In this document: positions 1 to 12,559 of the stretch, one piece after another
Layout of the letters: each line of letters opens with the position of its first letter
Position numbering within the stretch: position 1 is the stretch's first letter
NCBI RefSeq assembly: GCF_963921235.1
Contig: NC_086097.1
Location: 238,888,001-238,952,000, forward strand
Length of the DNA: 64,000 bases
Reading direction: 5' to 3'
Origin: Mobula hypostoma
Lineage: Eukaryota
Translations under genes and position numbers: made by a program
The notes under the pieces: model-generated
What the model was told of the DNA's origin: nothing
Database searches by the model: none
Seen by the model: only the letters and a program-made list of their open reading frames with translations

Positions 1-410
1 ACCTTCTTGTGGTTTGGAGGCTTTCATGCCTCAGTGATTCAGAGAACTCTGTTGTCTGGCTGAAGTCAGGGCTTTATGCTTTGCCTCTTGATAGGGTCAC
101 CCATCCCCAAACAAACCAAAATGTAGAGGACAGATTAAGAGTGGTCCAGCAGTCCTCCAGGTTCGGGGATTGAGCTCAGGGCTAACAACCCTGACTGGTC
201 AAAACAATTGTTACGAAAATAACAGTGATGAATCCTTCCACATATGAGCGTGATGGTATTCTTGGATCTCCACTTGGGAGTTGCATGACTGACAGTAGTG
301 AAAACCAAGGGGAAGCTACTGACATGAAGGAAGCACTGAACACTGCCAAAGGTGGAGGACCTTCATTGCTGCCCTAGATACCAGGGGTGTAACAGATAGT
401 AAGTAAGTAA
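1..410 (+). mobile_element. Short non-autonomous RTE (Expander/Rex3-like) element, family A, copy 1 (start probably clipped by window edge)
   Basis: Colinear with copies at 1922, 23290 and 26558. Contains an Expander-like 5'UTR motif (agggtcacccat...aaaca), no ORF, and a (TAAG)n tail. Confidence 0.7.
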
Positions 411-546
411 TCATGGGAGAACTTACAATGACCAATGATAAACCAACTGGTATGTCTTTGGAATTTGGGAAGAAACCGGAGCACCCGAAGGAAACCCATG
501 CAGTCATTTGGAGAACGTACACACTCCTTACAGGCAGCCGTGCCAT
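411..546 (-). mobile_element. tRNA-derived V-SINE-like fragment
   Basis: Reverse V-domain-like motif gaaaccggagcacccgaaggaaacccatgc; similar to 27833 and 35265. Confidence 0.65.
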
Positions 547-1921
547 GTTTAGTAGTTTGATTGAAACAGCTTATTCATTCTAATTTTAAACTCTACTTAA
601 GATACGAAAGAGTTGTAACTTGTATTGTACTTCACAACAAACAGCTGTTACATCTCTTATAAACTGGCAGGAAATAGCACCTTTCTTAGTCTAAGTGGCC
701 AAATCTGTGATTTTACTTGGACGACTGGATAATGATCATGCTGTTGCAAGCTCAATTGGCAAGGCTGCCCCATTCATCACATGAAGGCAATATCTTTCTC
801 TTTTGGCCTTTGGCCTTTCATTTCTGCTGGATGGATTGTTTTTGATAAGGGTATTTCATCACCTCTAAATGTCTGTCCAAATAATGTCTTTTTTCTTTAT
901 CTAATGTATAGCTTAACCCTTTTGTTTAAGAATATATTCATGTCCTCTGATATTCGTACATCCACATTCTTAAATGGTAAACATAAGTTTCAAAACTAAA
1001 TTTCAGTTACTTTGTGAAGCACTTTGTACACCTCTGAAAACCATATCCAATGGGCCATGGTCTTTAGCCTAAGGTCTCTATTCAGAGAAGAATATATTTG
1101 CAAACATTCAGGAATTGTAGAAACAATCCTCAAAAATTCATTATTTTGAAACTTCCCACTGTCCAGTCCAGATTTAATTTCAGATCTGTTCTTTGAAGTT
1201 CTTTATCCCAAAGGCAAGAATCTTTACAATGATATAATAAATCACAGGTTGTGACAAAATACAGTGAGCCTCAAGCATAAGGACAACAAGGAGATAAATT
1301 CAGAATGACTGAATTTTTTATTCACCTGTTTTAATTCCAAGCTTTGCCCTTACCTTCAAGAGTGTGGTGGGCTTCTTGATTATACATTATAAGCAAATAA
1401 ATTTAGTAGAACTAATCTGTTTTCAATTTATTGGTATTCTCCATCTGCTTTTTTATAATATCTTTGCAAGTTATTTAAACATTGGCCAAGAACTAGAATG
1501 ACTAATATTTGACAAAAATACATTTCAATAGAAATTGTCAAACATACAATAGTCGTCTTTTAACCCTATGAAGATCTAGTGATTGAAAACAGGACAACCT
1601 AACTAAACCAACATCATCACAGATTATGTAATTTATGTTGTTAATGAATTACCAAAGGAACTAATGCCAAGTCAGAATAAAAGTAATGTAAAGGAGAGTT
1701 TTTTTTTAATAAAGTAACGGCGACTAGCTAAAATGCAAATCGTGATTTGTGCTAACATACTGTTTGTGAAAAGTCTTTTTATCCCTTCTATGTTCTTTAC
1801 AATAAAAATTAAAACACATTGAATAAAGAAGAGAATTTGTGCTATTTGCAAATTATTTTAGATAATTTATTATTATTTAGATATTTTAGATATATTATTT
1901 TAGAAATGTTCTCATAGCTGC

Positions 1922-2352
1922 CCTTCAAGAGGAGCACAAGTTTGTCATTGGGTTTGGAGGCTTGCGTGCCTTAATGACCAAGTAACTGCAGCTATGTTAA
2001 TTGCAGTCAGTGCTTTATGATCTGGTTCTTGGTAGGGTCGCCCATGCCAAACAGGTCAAAAGGTAGAGGCCAGTCTAAGAGAAGTCCGCCAGTTCCCCAG
2101 GTTCAGAGGTACAGCTCAAGGCTAAGAAACCTGACTGGTCAAACAGAACTGTTACAGAAACAGCAATGAAGAATCCTTCCACGGTTGTGTTTAACAGTAT
2201 TCCTGAGTCTCCACCCAGGAATAGCATGACTGAGGGTAAATTGGCAGGAAGCTATTGACACAATGAAGGAAGGCATGAATGCTTCAGAGGTGGAGGACCT
2301 TCACTGCTGCCCTAAACCCTCGTGGCGTTAACAGACAAAAGAAGAAAGAAAT
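1922..2352 (+). mobile_element. RTE-derived family A, copy 2, full length
   Basis: 10-bp TSD tcatagctgc at 1912-1921 and 2353-2362; AAG-rich tail; colinear with copy 1. Confidence 0.8.
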
Positions 2353-3204
2353 TCATAGCTGCATAAAAACGCACTTGCCCTCAATATTATGAAATATTTT
2401 TATTTGTTAACAAAATATAAATTAGGTCTATAAATTTCTTTAGATCCTGCCCAAAATTCAGGTGAAGGGTAGCTTTTATAGTCTCAAACCAGGTCTGTTT
2501 TGCCTGTTAGTTAGACAAAATTATCTGATCACTGATAATTATTTCTGAAGCAAAGTTGGCTAGACAAATTAGAGACTCTGGAGACTTTGAGAAAGATGAT
2601 ATCAAGTTAAAGCTACTTTCGTTTGTCGATTTTTGCATAATTAATTTAATAGAAGCATCTTGAAAGCAGTGGGTGGAGGTGTAAATGATTGCATTAATTT
2701 TAAATATGTTGTAAAGAACTGAGCAAATAGGGAGATGTAATAAAAACAACGTAAGACAAATCCTGTGTTTAGTAAGCATGTCTGAACTATTCCATAGCTG
2801 ACAACCTGAATTTACTGTATTACATCATTCAGATAGTCTCGAAGAATCTTGCAAGAACATTACTGGACAGATTTTGTTAATGAGCCAACTGTGAAAATCC
2901 ATTGGGGCATTCAGGCAGTTTTTGGGAGGTTTGTTAAGGTGGAGAGAGAACTAGAGAGGTGGAACTCTAGACCATGAAACTGGCTGACTGGGTAAGCAAA
3001 GGTGCAGTCACAGTTGGTGGAGACATTAAAAATCATGGTTATGTTACAGACCAGAAGAGGCAATGCATAGCAATATCAAGCTGTTATGAAGACAAAGCCT
3101 TGGAATAATTTGAATATTTTTTTGAAAGCAAAAGAGTGATATCTGAAATCCAGAGACCACTAACTAGAAGCAGGCAAGAATATGAAGAACTTATCCAAGT
3201 AAGA

Positions 3205-3460
3205 AGATCAGTATCAGAAATTAGGTTTATTATCACTGACATATGGCATGAAATTTGTTGTTTTAGGGCAGAAATACAGTGCAAGATATAAAAATTATAA
3301 TAAGATATAAAATACTTAAATCGTGCAAATGAGTAATAATGAGGTAGTGTTCATGAGGTCATGGACCATTCTTAAATCTGATGGTGGAGGCGAAGAAGCA
3401 TTTCCTAAATTATGAGTGTGCATCTCCAGACTCCCATACCTCCTCCTTGATGGTAGTTAT
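3205..3460 (-). mobile_element. Rex1/Babar-like LINE 3' fragment
   Basis: Reverse of the recurring tail (catatgccagtgataataaacct...tctga) plus the degenerate 'PSGRRYRSL' coding motif. Confidence 0.6.
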
Positions 3461-4334
3461 AAATAGCAGAGAGGTTATTATTGCATAATATATCTTCACT
3501 TTGAAGAATAGAAAATGTCCATTCCCATTACAACTCTCACCTAGAAGTATTAATAGCATTTACACATTTGTGTGTATCTTGATATTGATCAATTTATGGT
3601 TTATTTGTGTGTATTTGTTCCCAATGCCAATTACTCATGACTAATAAAAATAATGTTCAGAATTAACCTCTGATTATAAATATCTTTCTTCCCATAATAA
3701 AGCACCATCCTGTCGGTGTATGGGGGGCTATGGTCCCAGTGTAGATCAATGGAAGGAGGCAGTTTAAATGGGTCAGCAAGGACTAGATGGACCAAGAGGC
3801 TTGTTTCTATGCTGTACTTTTCTATGTCTCTATGACCCTATTTGGCTTCTTTCAAGGCAAGGAAATGAAAGAAATCATAGACACTTTGCAAAGTATTAAA
3901 CTACCTTCCTGTTAAGCCGACTCCAAATTATAAGTAGCTTCAATAACAGAGTTTAGATGTCCCTGCTTTATTATTTTGCATTGGTACAGTTTATCGTTGG
4001 ATGATAAATGAAAAAGAATGTCTGTGGAGAATTTTTGACTACTTGCCAATATTTGATAATGCACAACAAGTATTCTTCATTTTGTACCCCCAGGAGATTA
4101 AGAGAAATGTTGGCTAGTAATCGAGCTTTTACTTAGTGACACACTGTTGAATCAGATCAGAATATAAACAAGAAAGGAAGCACATGAAACTGCGACGGCC
4201 AGTTTAGAGTCAGGTGCCACCAGAGCCAGATTCAAGACAAAAATTGCCTGGAAATTTTGGCAGCTACTTTGATCAGACACTTACACAGTGGGGTTAAAGA
4301 TGAGAGATTAGCTTTTTTTTTTGGATGGTGTGGG

Positions 4335-4790
4335 AGCGTAGTGGTTTAGCATAATGGCATGAACATCGATTTCTCTAACTTCTGGTAACTTTGCTCCCCT
4401 CCTCCTTCTCACTTTTTCCATTCTCCTTTCTGGCTCCCAGCTTAACTCTTCTCTTCACCTGCCCCTCCTCCTTCCCTTTCTCCCATGGTTCACTTACCTC
4501 TCCTATCAGATCCCTTTTTCTTAAGCTCTTTCTTCTTCCACCTATCACCTCCTAGCTTCTTACTTCATAATCTCTCTCCGACTCACTTACTTTCACCCTC
4601 ACCTGGTTTCACTTGTAACCTCTTCTCCCTCCTTCTCATTCTGGTTTCTTCCACCTTCCATTCCAATTCTAATGAAAGGTCTTGATCGGAAACCATGGCT
4701 ATTCATTCCTCTCCATAGATGTTGCCTGACCTATGATGTTCCTTTACTATTTTGTGTTTGTTTCCTTGGATTGCAAGCATCTGTAGAATC
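4335..4790 (+). mobile_element. Penelope-like element 3' part
   Basis: ORF C-terminus GMNIDFSNF*, then a pyrimidine-rich UTR, a decayed hammerhead and the gatg(c)tgcctgacc...gcatctg tail. Confidence 0.65.
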
Positions 4791-5265
4791 TGAAACAAGA
4801 GAAGATCTGCAGATGCTGGAAACCAAAGTAATACACACAAAATGCTCGAGGAACTCAGCAGACCAGACAGCATCTACGGAAAAGTGTAAACAGTCGACGT
4901 TTCATGCTGAGACCCTTCATCAGGACTGGGGAAAAAAAATGAGAAGTCAGAGTAAGAAGGTGGGAGTAGGTGAGGAAGAAGTACAAGGTGAAACCAGGAG
5001 AAGGGAGGGGTGAAGCAAAGAGCTGTGACGTTAATTGGTGAAAGAGATAAAGGGCTGGAGAAGGGGGAATCTGTTAGGACAGACAATGGAAGGAAGAGAA
5101 GGGGTAGGAGCTCTCGAGGAAAGTGATGGACAGGTAAGGAAATAAGGTTGGAGAGGGAAATGGAAATGGGGAATGATGAAGGAGATGGGTGGGGCAATTA
5201 CCGGAAGTTTGAGAAAGCAATGCTCATGCCATCAGGTTGGAGGCTACCCAGAGGGAATTTAAGGC
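4791..5265 (-). mobile_element. Penelope-like element 3' part, inverted relative to neighbour
   Basis: Reverse-complement homolog of 4335-4790; hammerhead motif at 4891-4928. Confidence 0.7.
4891..4928 (-). ncRNA. Minimal type I hammerhead ribozyme motif of a Penelope-like element (stem II damaged)
   Basis: Minus strand reads CAGUC-CUGAUGA-AGGGUCUCAGCAU-GAAA-CGUC-GACUG: intact core boxes and a perfect 5-bp stem I. Confidence 0.6.
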
Positions 5266-6392
5266 AAAATATAATCTGCAGAATCTCTTGTTTTTATGTG
5301 AAGTAAATGTCTTCTTTCACCAGGTTGGCAGTCTTCAAGACAGAGTGCAACAGACAAGAATGGTATTTTGCTCAGAGTGATGTCTCCAATAATAGCATTG
5401 CTAATATTTTACATATAATCACTCTGCAGCCATGACAGTTGATAGTTACTAATCTGGAACTTCTAATTAAGGATTGCATGAAATGTTGCTCTGGGGTTGC
5501 TTTGGGCATTAAAACATAATTTGGTAAATTGCTGTATTTTCACTGAAGTGTAACTCACCTTTTCCATAATTGTATTTTTCTTTTCTTTAACACTGCAAGC
5601 ATAGTTGAACAACAAAGTACTAAGGGAACATGTTGTGTGCAAAATTTCAAATCACAGCCATCACACCAAGGTTACCTCCTTTTTCTCCTACATCCTGTCA
5701 GGTGGTCCACACCCACCTTCTTTGTTTGATGATTATTTTACAGTGTGTTTACTTCAGCAATAGTTGTTGGGTTATCTTTACAATAAGTCTTAAATCTGCA
5801 CTGTTCTAAAACCTAAACTGTACTCTGCTCATTTGCTTCATCTTTTCACTTAAAATCCTTGAATACAACACCGATGGCTTGCTGGACAGTAATCATATTT
5901 ACCATATCTCATCAAGCTGGTATGAAAATTAACAAAGTTTGCATACAGTGACACTACACCCTGTTATATACAGTTGAAAAATTCCTAACAGCTCAAGAGT
6001 AGGGAATACCGTTGTTTTAAAAGCACAACATAGATGGGAGGATGATGATCTTTTCATTTCACTTTTCTGTAGGAAATAGTCTTTGTATTTTCATTTGAAA
6101 GTACAAGCACTGAATGATTAAGTTTGCTTTTACAGATTCCATTTGTGGTTAAATATTTATGATGACCACAGCTTTGCCTGTACATAGAAAATAACACGGG
6201 GAAATGAGAATAACGATTAGCTTTATTTGGCAATTGTATATCGAACCATATAGTGAAATGTCTCATTTTTGCATCAAATCAGAGAGGTTTGTGCTGGGTA
6301 GTCCGCAAGTGTCACCACACTTTCAGTACCAACCTAACCTACAACCTCGAGCTATAAGTCTTTGGAAGGTGGAGGAAACTGGAGCACCCGTG

Positions 6393-8487
6393 TGTCATAT
6401 TATGTTACTACAAAACATAAAACTAATTAAAGGTAAAACCAAGTTGTTTGGGGTAGTGGAGGTATAATTTGTCTGTCAGTGCTGATCACCCCATTCTTGA
6501 CCAAGCTGTTCCACTCTAAACACGATCTGTTATGAGTCAACATGATGCTTTCAGATAAGGTCATGCATAGCACATACTTTCGCTCAGGTGTGTTTCTGGG
6601 GTACAGGGGCTAGCGACCCTTGTGCCTGTATTTTTTTTTGTGTTCTATCACTGAGCAGCAGTGAACCATCTGATTGGCCTATCGGAATTCTCTTCGAGAA
6701 CTAGTTGACTTGATCAGCATTTCTGATCTGGATATTGTTCACGATTGCACTTAATAATAAAAAAAAAGCCAGGAGTACATGTCTTAGTTTTGTTTCTACT
6801 TTAGTGAGATGGGCACATAAGATGTGGTGGCCTGATAATGGTATGCCATTAACGTCCTTTACATATAACCAGCAATTAATTATATAAACAACAAAGAATG
6901 CTTAATCAAACAATATATTTGCAAAATTACTCAAATATTGTTGAATTATTAAATACACGACACTACTGCCTTCCTAGCTATAAACTCCAACTCAATATAG
7001 AATGCATCTCAACTTACATATACAGTATACACTATAGTTCAAAAAATTATATAGACATCCACAGCATAGTAAACTTTAAATTGTCCCATTCAAGCCTAAA
7101 GATTTAATCACTGTGGATGATTTCTTACTCTTGTAGGACAATATTTTTTCCTGAGAAGGAAGGTCACTTAGATTTGCAGATGAAACCTGTGGCTGTGAAA
7201 CAATCTCAAGTTCTGGGGTCTCCTTCATGTTGATTGTAGGATTTGAGTCTGGGACTGCAGGATGTGGCTCTGGTAGTTCTAGACACCTTTCTTCTCCTTT
7301 CCTTTCTCTTCTCAAGTGCTCTTGGAATCTTCTGGATGTGTTGGCATTCTGAACAGTGCATGGCAAGCTGCTCGATCTGCTGATCAATCCCGGGCCACCA
7401 GACAAAACTTCGAGCCAATGCTTTCATTTTGACCATGCCTAGATGACTGGCAAATAACCATATATAACCATATAACAATTACAGCACGGAAACAGGCCAT
7501 CTCAGCCCTTCTAATCGTGCCGAACTCTTACCCTATCCTATTCCCACCGACCTGCACTCAGCCCATAACCCTCCATACCTTTCCTGTCCATATAGCTGTC
7601 CAATTTAACTTTAAACAACAACATCGAACCTGCCTCAACCACTTCTGCTGGAAGCTCGTTCCACACAGCTACCACTCTCTGAGTAAAGAAGTTTCCCCTC
7701 ATGTTACCCCTAAACTTTTGTCCTCTAATTCTCAACCCATGCCCTCGTTTGAATCTTCCCCACTCTCAATGGAAAAAGTCTAACCACGTCAACTCTATCA
7801 ATCCCCCTCATAATTTTAAACACCTCTATCAAGTCTCTCCTCAACCTTCTACACTCCAAAGAATAAAGACTTAACTTGTTCAACCTTTCTCTGTAACTTA
7901 GGAGAAAAAACCCTCTGTACTCTCTCCTAAAATTTGGTGACCAGAACTGTACACAATACTCCAGATTTGGCGTTATACAAATTCAACATTACATCCCAAC
8001 TCCTATACTCAATGCTCTGATTAATAAAGGCCAACATACCAAAAGCTTTCTTCACCACCCTATCCACATGAGATTCCATCTTCAGGGAACTATGCACCAT
8101 TATTCCTAGATCCCTCTGTTCTAAAGCATTCTTTAATGCCCTACCTATATAGCTCCTCCAACACTTTAGCTCTCAGCTTGGATGATAAAACAACTGTCAA
8201 TCTCCACATAAGGCAACACCCATCAAAGGCAAGTTCATTCCGGTGCTGGTGAAAATGGGGGATCTGGAGCTTCTGCTGCACCTTCCAGTCATTTTTGATG
8301 GACACGTAGACTTGAAACAGTGCTGGGTTTTTCCTAGTTTCCCTTTTGATCATCTCTGCTGTAATAGGGGGACTTTTGATTTGCATTATCAAGAACATGT
8401 CAAGTGGAGTGTCCTCATTTGTAAATTTTTCAGATATTTCCTCTTCCAAGGGCACCTTCTCCACATCCTGCATGGAATAAGCCACTA
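6393..8487 (-). mobile_element. Internally deleted Ty3/Gypsy (Mag/K02A2.6-like) LTR retrotransposon remnant, 3' LTR ~6393-6962
   Basis: Integrase Zn-finger HLGMVKMKALARSFVWWPGIDQQIE..C..C (7206-7478). Preceding linker GCCLMWR..V..KLRAKVLEEL (8141-8485). TG...CA LTR with an adjacent purine tract at 6963-6975. Split by a CR1. Confidence 0.8.
7454..8140 (-). mobile_element. CR1 LINE 3' end inserted in the Gypsy integrase
   Basis: CR1 ORF2 C-terminus FFTQRVVAVWNELP; (tggttata)n tail at 7454-7475. Confidence 0.85.
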
Positions 8488-9310
8488 GAACTTCATACAG
8501 TACTCCAAATGTGGCCTAAACAACATATTTTAATACAGCTGTATCAGAACTTCCCTGTTATATATTCCGCACTCTGATGAAATGCCATTCCAACTTTTAG
8601 ATTTGATACCAAAATTAATGAAAGCAAATATGCTGTACACCACCTTTACCAGCTTATCTACTTGTGTTAACACTTTCAGGGGTTTATGGATTTGCACCCC
8701 AAGGTCCTTCTGTCCTTGTTCAAGTTCAAGTTCATGTCTATTGTCACCTGACTGTACGTATATACAACCAAATGAAACAATGTTCCTCTGGACCACGGAT
8801 GCACCCACAACACATATCACAGACTACACATAAACCAAACTATTACCATAATATGTTAATAAAATATAATTCAAAATGCATGTAGTGCTCAGCACAGGTA
8901 AACAGCAGAGTAAAGAGCAAACAGCTCCTGTCCTAGTGATGAGACCTCGATGGTGGTAGCTTGGTCTCCCAAAGTGCCACCCCTCACACTCACCTGGATT
9001 AAACTCTTTCTGCCATTCTTCTGTCCACATCTCTATTAGGTTCATGTCCTGCAGAATCCTTTGACAATCTTCCTCACTATCCTCAACTCTAAGAATTGTT
9101 GTGTTGATGGCAAACATTTTATCCTACATTTCCATCCGATAGCTTTAATGTTCTGGATCTGCCTACCATCAGGGACCTTGATGAAACTTTCACTCAAGTT
9201 CGTGTATAATAGCATCATCAACCAGCCTCCATCAATGCCTCTCATCACCTCTTAAAAAACTCAATTAAATTTCTAAGACACAGCTTACCCAGCAGAAAGC
9301 CAGCTGACTA
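8488..9310 (-). mobile_element. Degenerate CR1 RT fragment with a LINE-tail insertion at ~8716-8960
   Basis: Decayed motifs KDLGVQIH..LK, W..EWQ.EFN...CE and FxKVP. Confidence 0.65.
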
Positions 9311-10089
9311 GTCATGTAAATGCTGATGGATTGTCCTGTTCAGACCATAAGATCATAAGATACAGGAGCAGAATTAAGCCATCCATTTTCCCTTTCATCT
9401 TCTGCCTTCTCACCTTATACTTCACGCTCTGACTTTAATGTGAGAACAAAGTTTAAAGGAGACTTAAGAGGCAATTTTAGAAAAGAAGCATTCAGAGTGG
9501 TAGCTGCCAGGGGAAGTGGGCAAATGAGATAGAAAACAATGTTTAAGAAAAATCTAGACAGGCAAATAAATAAAGAAGGAATGGGATTAGCATATATTCA
9601 GCACATACAATGTGGGCTATAGCACCTGCTCTTGTGTTGTACTGTTCCAAGTTCTATTCATTTTAGTTTGTGAGGAATCACCTTTATTTAAATTCTCTAA
9701 ATAAAATGTCAACCTCCTCCTTGCCATCAGTGTAAGTTAGGTAAACATGTAGGTATTAAGCTACATGTTTGCTTAACTTTAGGTCCTGAGGAAAGGCCTC
9801 GGCCAAAAATATCAACCTCCATAGATGCTGCCTGACTTGCTGAGTTCCTCCAGCATTTTGGATGTGTTACTTTGGATTTTCAGCATCTGCAGAATCTCTT
9901 GTGTTTAGGTGTCAAGCTCATCTTTGCTGGAAAAGAGTCAACAGAAAAACATAATAAACTCCCTTGCTGCCAACTAAATAACATATTTACCAGCTTATGA
10001 ATTTGCAGGTGGAAAGAGTATTAATGGCAAAGACAAGATTACAGGCAACTCATTTATTTTGGCTTAAGTATTAACCCTTGCTTGTGGAT

Positions 10090-10945
10090 GAATCAGAAGT
10101 GGAAAGAGTGATCAATTTCAAGTTCCAATGTGTCAATATCTCTGAGGATCTATAGTGAACCCAACATCTTGATGCAGCTACAAAGAAGCCATACAATGAC
10201 TATATTTAATTAGGAGTTTGAGGAGATTTGGTATGTCACCAAAGACTCTCACAAATTTCCACAGATGTACTGTGGAGATGCACTGTGGTGAACTGGTTGC
10301 GTCACTGATATGCTGTGTGGGCTACTGCATAGGATCAAAATAAGCTGCAGAGGCTTGTAAACATAGCTCCATCATGGGCACTAGCCTCCGTAATATCAAG
10401 GACATCTCCAAAGGCATCATTAAGGATTCCCATCACCCAGGACATGGCCAGCTGGTGAAGTAGTGGCATCAGCACCGGACTTTGGAGCGAAGGCTCCCGA
10501 GTTCGAATTCAGCCGGCTCCCTTGAATACTTTCCATCTGTGCTGGGTCGAGCATCGAGCTAACTACTTGGACTCATAAAAATAAGAAAGCCTACTAAAAA
10601 AACGCTGTCATGATGGCGCCACAATGACTCCACTCGGAGTTAAGGGCTTTCTTCTTCTTCTTCATCACCCAGGACATACCTTCTTCTCATTCCTGCCATC
10701 GGGAAGAAGGCCACACTTAGTGATTCAGGAACAGGATTTCCCCTCTACCATCCATTTTCTGAGTGGACTTTGAAGTTATGAATAGCACCTCACCACTTTT
10801 ATTCATTTTTATTTTTGCATGACTTATCTAATTTAACTATGATATATATATATATACATACACACACACGCACTGCTGCAACAAAGACAACAAATTTCAC
10901 GAAATGCAAGTGACATTAAACCTGATTCAGATTCTGATTCTGAAT
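10090..10945 (+). mobile_element. Rex1/Babar-like LINE 3' part, interrupted by a SINE
   Basis: Degenerate VE.V..FKF / F.RCTVE / IIKD.HHPGH coding remnants; (gattct)n tail. Confidence 0.7.
10446..10662 (+). mobile_element. tRNA-derived SINE with (CTT)n tail
   Basis: A box tggtgaagtagtgg and B box gagttcgaattc; perfect 15-bp TSD catcacccaggacat at 10431-10445 and 10663-10677. Confidence 0.9.
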
Positions 10946-12051
10946 AATTTCATTCTGAAAAGCTGTTCTACACAAAGAGAGCATGGATGTTTTTTACTAA
11001 ATAGGACCTATTTCAGATAGTCCATTGCAATCACAAATGCTACAAAGTTAATTCTCCTCTTCAGCTCTTGGCTCAAAAGCTTGATGGGACAGAAGTGTTC
11101 ATCACATTTTCTCACTTAAAAAAGTAAGATCAACTAACATTTTAACAAGAGTGAAAGCAGCAGGTAGCTTGTGTGTAATATTATTTGAAGTGTTTCTACT
11201 CTACTAACCAATTGAGTTTTAGCACAGAAGGTAAATTCAGCTTATATATCTTTGGGACAGAACACACTAAAGTATTCTTTCAAGCACTCAAACACTAAGT
11301 TCATTGACTCTGACGAACATTCCACTAATAGTGAAAAGATACACACATCACCAGCTGTCCCTGCGGTTTAATGCTCCGTCACATATTTCACATACAGTCA
11401 TAGAAATGTGCACCTGAAAATTGAAATAACAATTAACAGTTTTTAATATTTTGTTCCTATTCTTCTTGTTTTAAGTTTAGTCTTCTTTTTCCAAAAGTAC
11501 TGATACTACAGACAGACATTGGAATTGTGTGCTAATTTTGTTAAATGCAAAATGTGCTAGGATTCCCCAATAAAGTAGGAGTGGTATCCAAACCTGGCCC
11601 ATCATTTGAATCAGGTTAGTTTGTCGTCATTGTTTGAACATCATAGTTACTTTGCCAAGTTTCGCAGAAGGTACCTTTAAATTTTTAGAAGCTTTCACAG
11701 GTTCAGAACGTCACCTAAAACTTTAAAACACGTCTATGGATGCACAGTGGAGAGTGTTCAGACTGATAGCATCTTGACCTGGAATGGAAACAGCAAGAAC
11801 TGAAAAGCCTACAGAATTGGTGGTGTAATGTGAAGGGTTAGTTTACTTCTCGGTTGAAAGCCACATCTGTCATGCTGCTCATCGATTGGACTGCTTGAAG
11901 GATGCAGAAGCTTTTCCCCGCCAGTTGTCTTGTGTGCCCATGGCACTGATGTCTGGTTCTGGGCACTTCAGAGGTATAAGAGTAACACTTGCAATAGTCC
12001 GACTGGTCCTCCTTTATTTCTAGGGGCTCATCTTCACACTGAGGTTATATA

Positions 12052-12530
12052 TATAACCATATAACAATTACAGCACGGAAACAGGCCATCTTGGCCCTTC
12101 TAGTCCATGCCGAACTCTTACTCTCACCTAGTCCCACCGACCTGCACTCAGCCCATAACCCTCCATTCCTTTCCTGTCCATATATCTGTCCAATTTAACT
12201 TTAAACGACAACATTAAACCTGCCTCAACCACTTCTGCTGGAAGCTCGTTCCACACAGCCACCACTCTCTGAGTAAAGAAGTTCCCCCTCATGTTACCCC
12301 TAAACGTTTGCCCTTTAACTCTCAACTCATGTCATCTTGTTTGAATCTCCCCCACTCTCAATGGAAAAAGCCTATCCACGTCAACCCTATCTGTCCCCCT
12401 CATAATTTTAAATATCTCTATCAAGTCCCCCCTCAGCCTTCTATGTTCCAAAGAATAAAGACCCAACTTGTTCAACCTTTCTCTGTAACTTAGGTGATGA
12501 ATCCCAGGTAACATTCTAGTAGATCTTCTA
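12052..12530 (-). mobile_element. CR1 LINE 3' end
   Basis: LSYRERLNKLGLYSLEHRRLRGDLIE and FFTQRVVAVWNELP; same tail as the copy at 7454. Confidence 0.85.
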
Positions 12531-12559
12531 TTGCATCCAGTGCTGAAAGATCACTGGAG

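Noticed and set aside
1..170. HDV-like or hammerhead ribozyme in RTE family A
   Set aside because: I could not find P1/P3/P1.1 in the right order, nor CUGANGA/GAAA boxes, by eye.
5324..5362. Possible small exon after ttctttcaccag (also 4094 and 55515)
   Set aside because: Weak or absent donor sites or early stops, and no recognisable peptide.
10446..10520. tRNA genes (also at 17248, 27833, 37040 and 49820)
   Set aside because: The tRNA-like heads continue into SINE bodies with tails and, in several cases, TSDs; the cloverleaves are imperfect.
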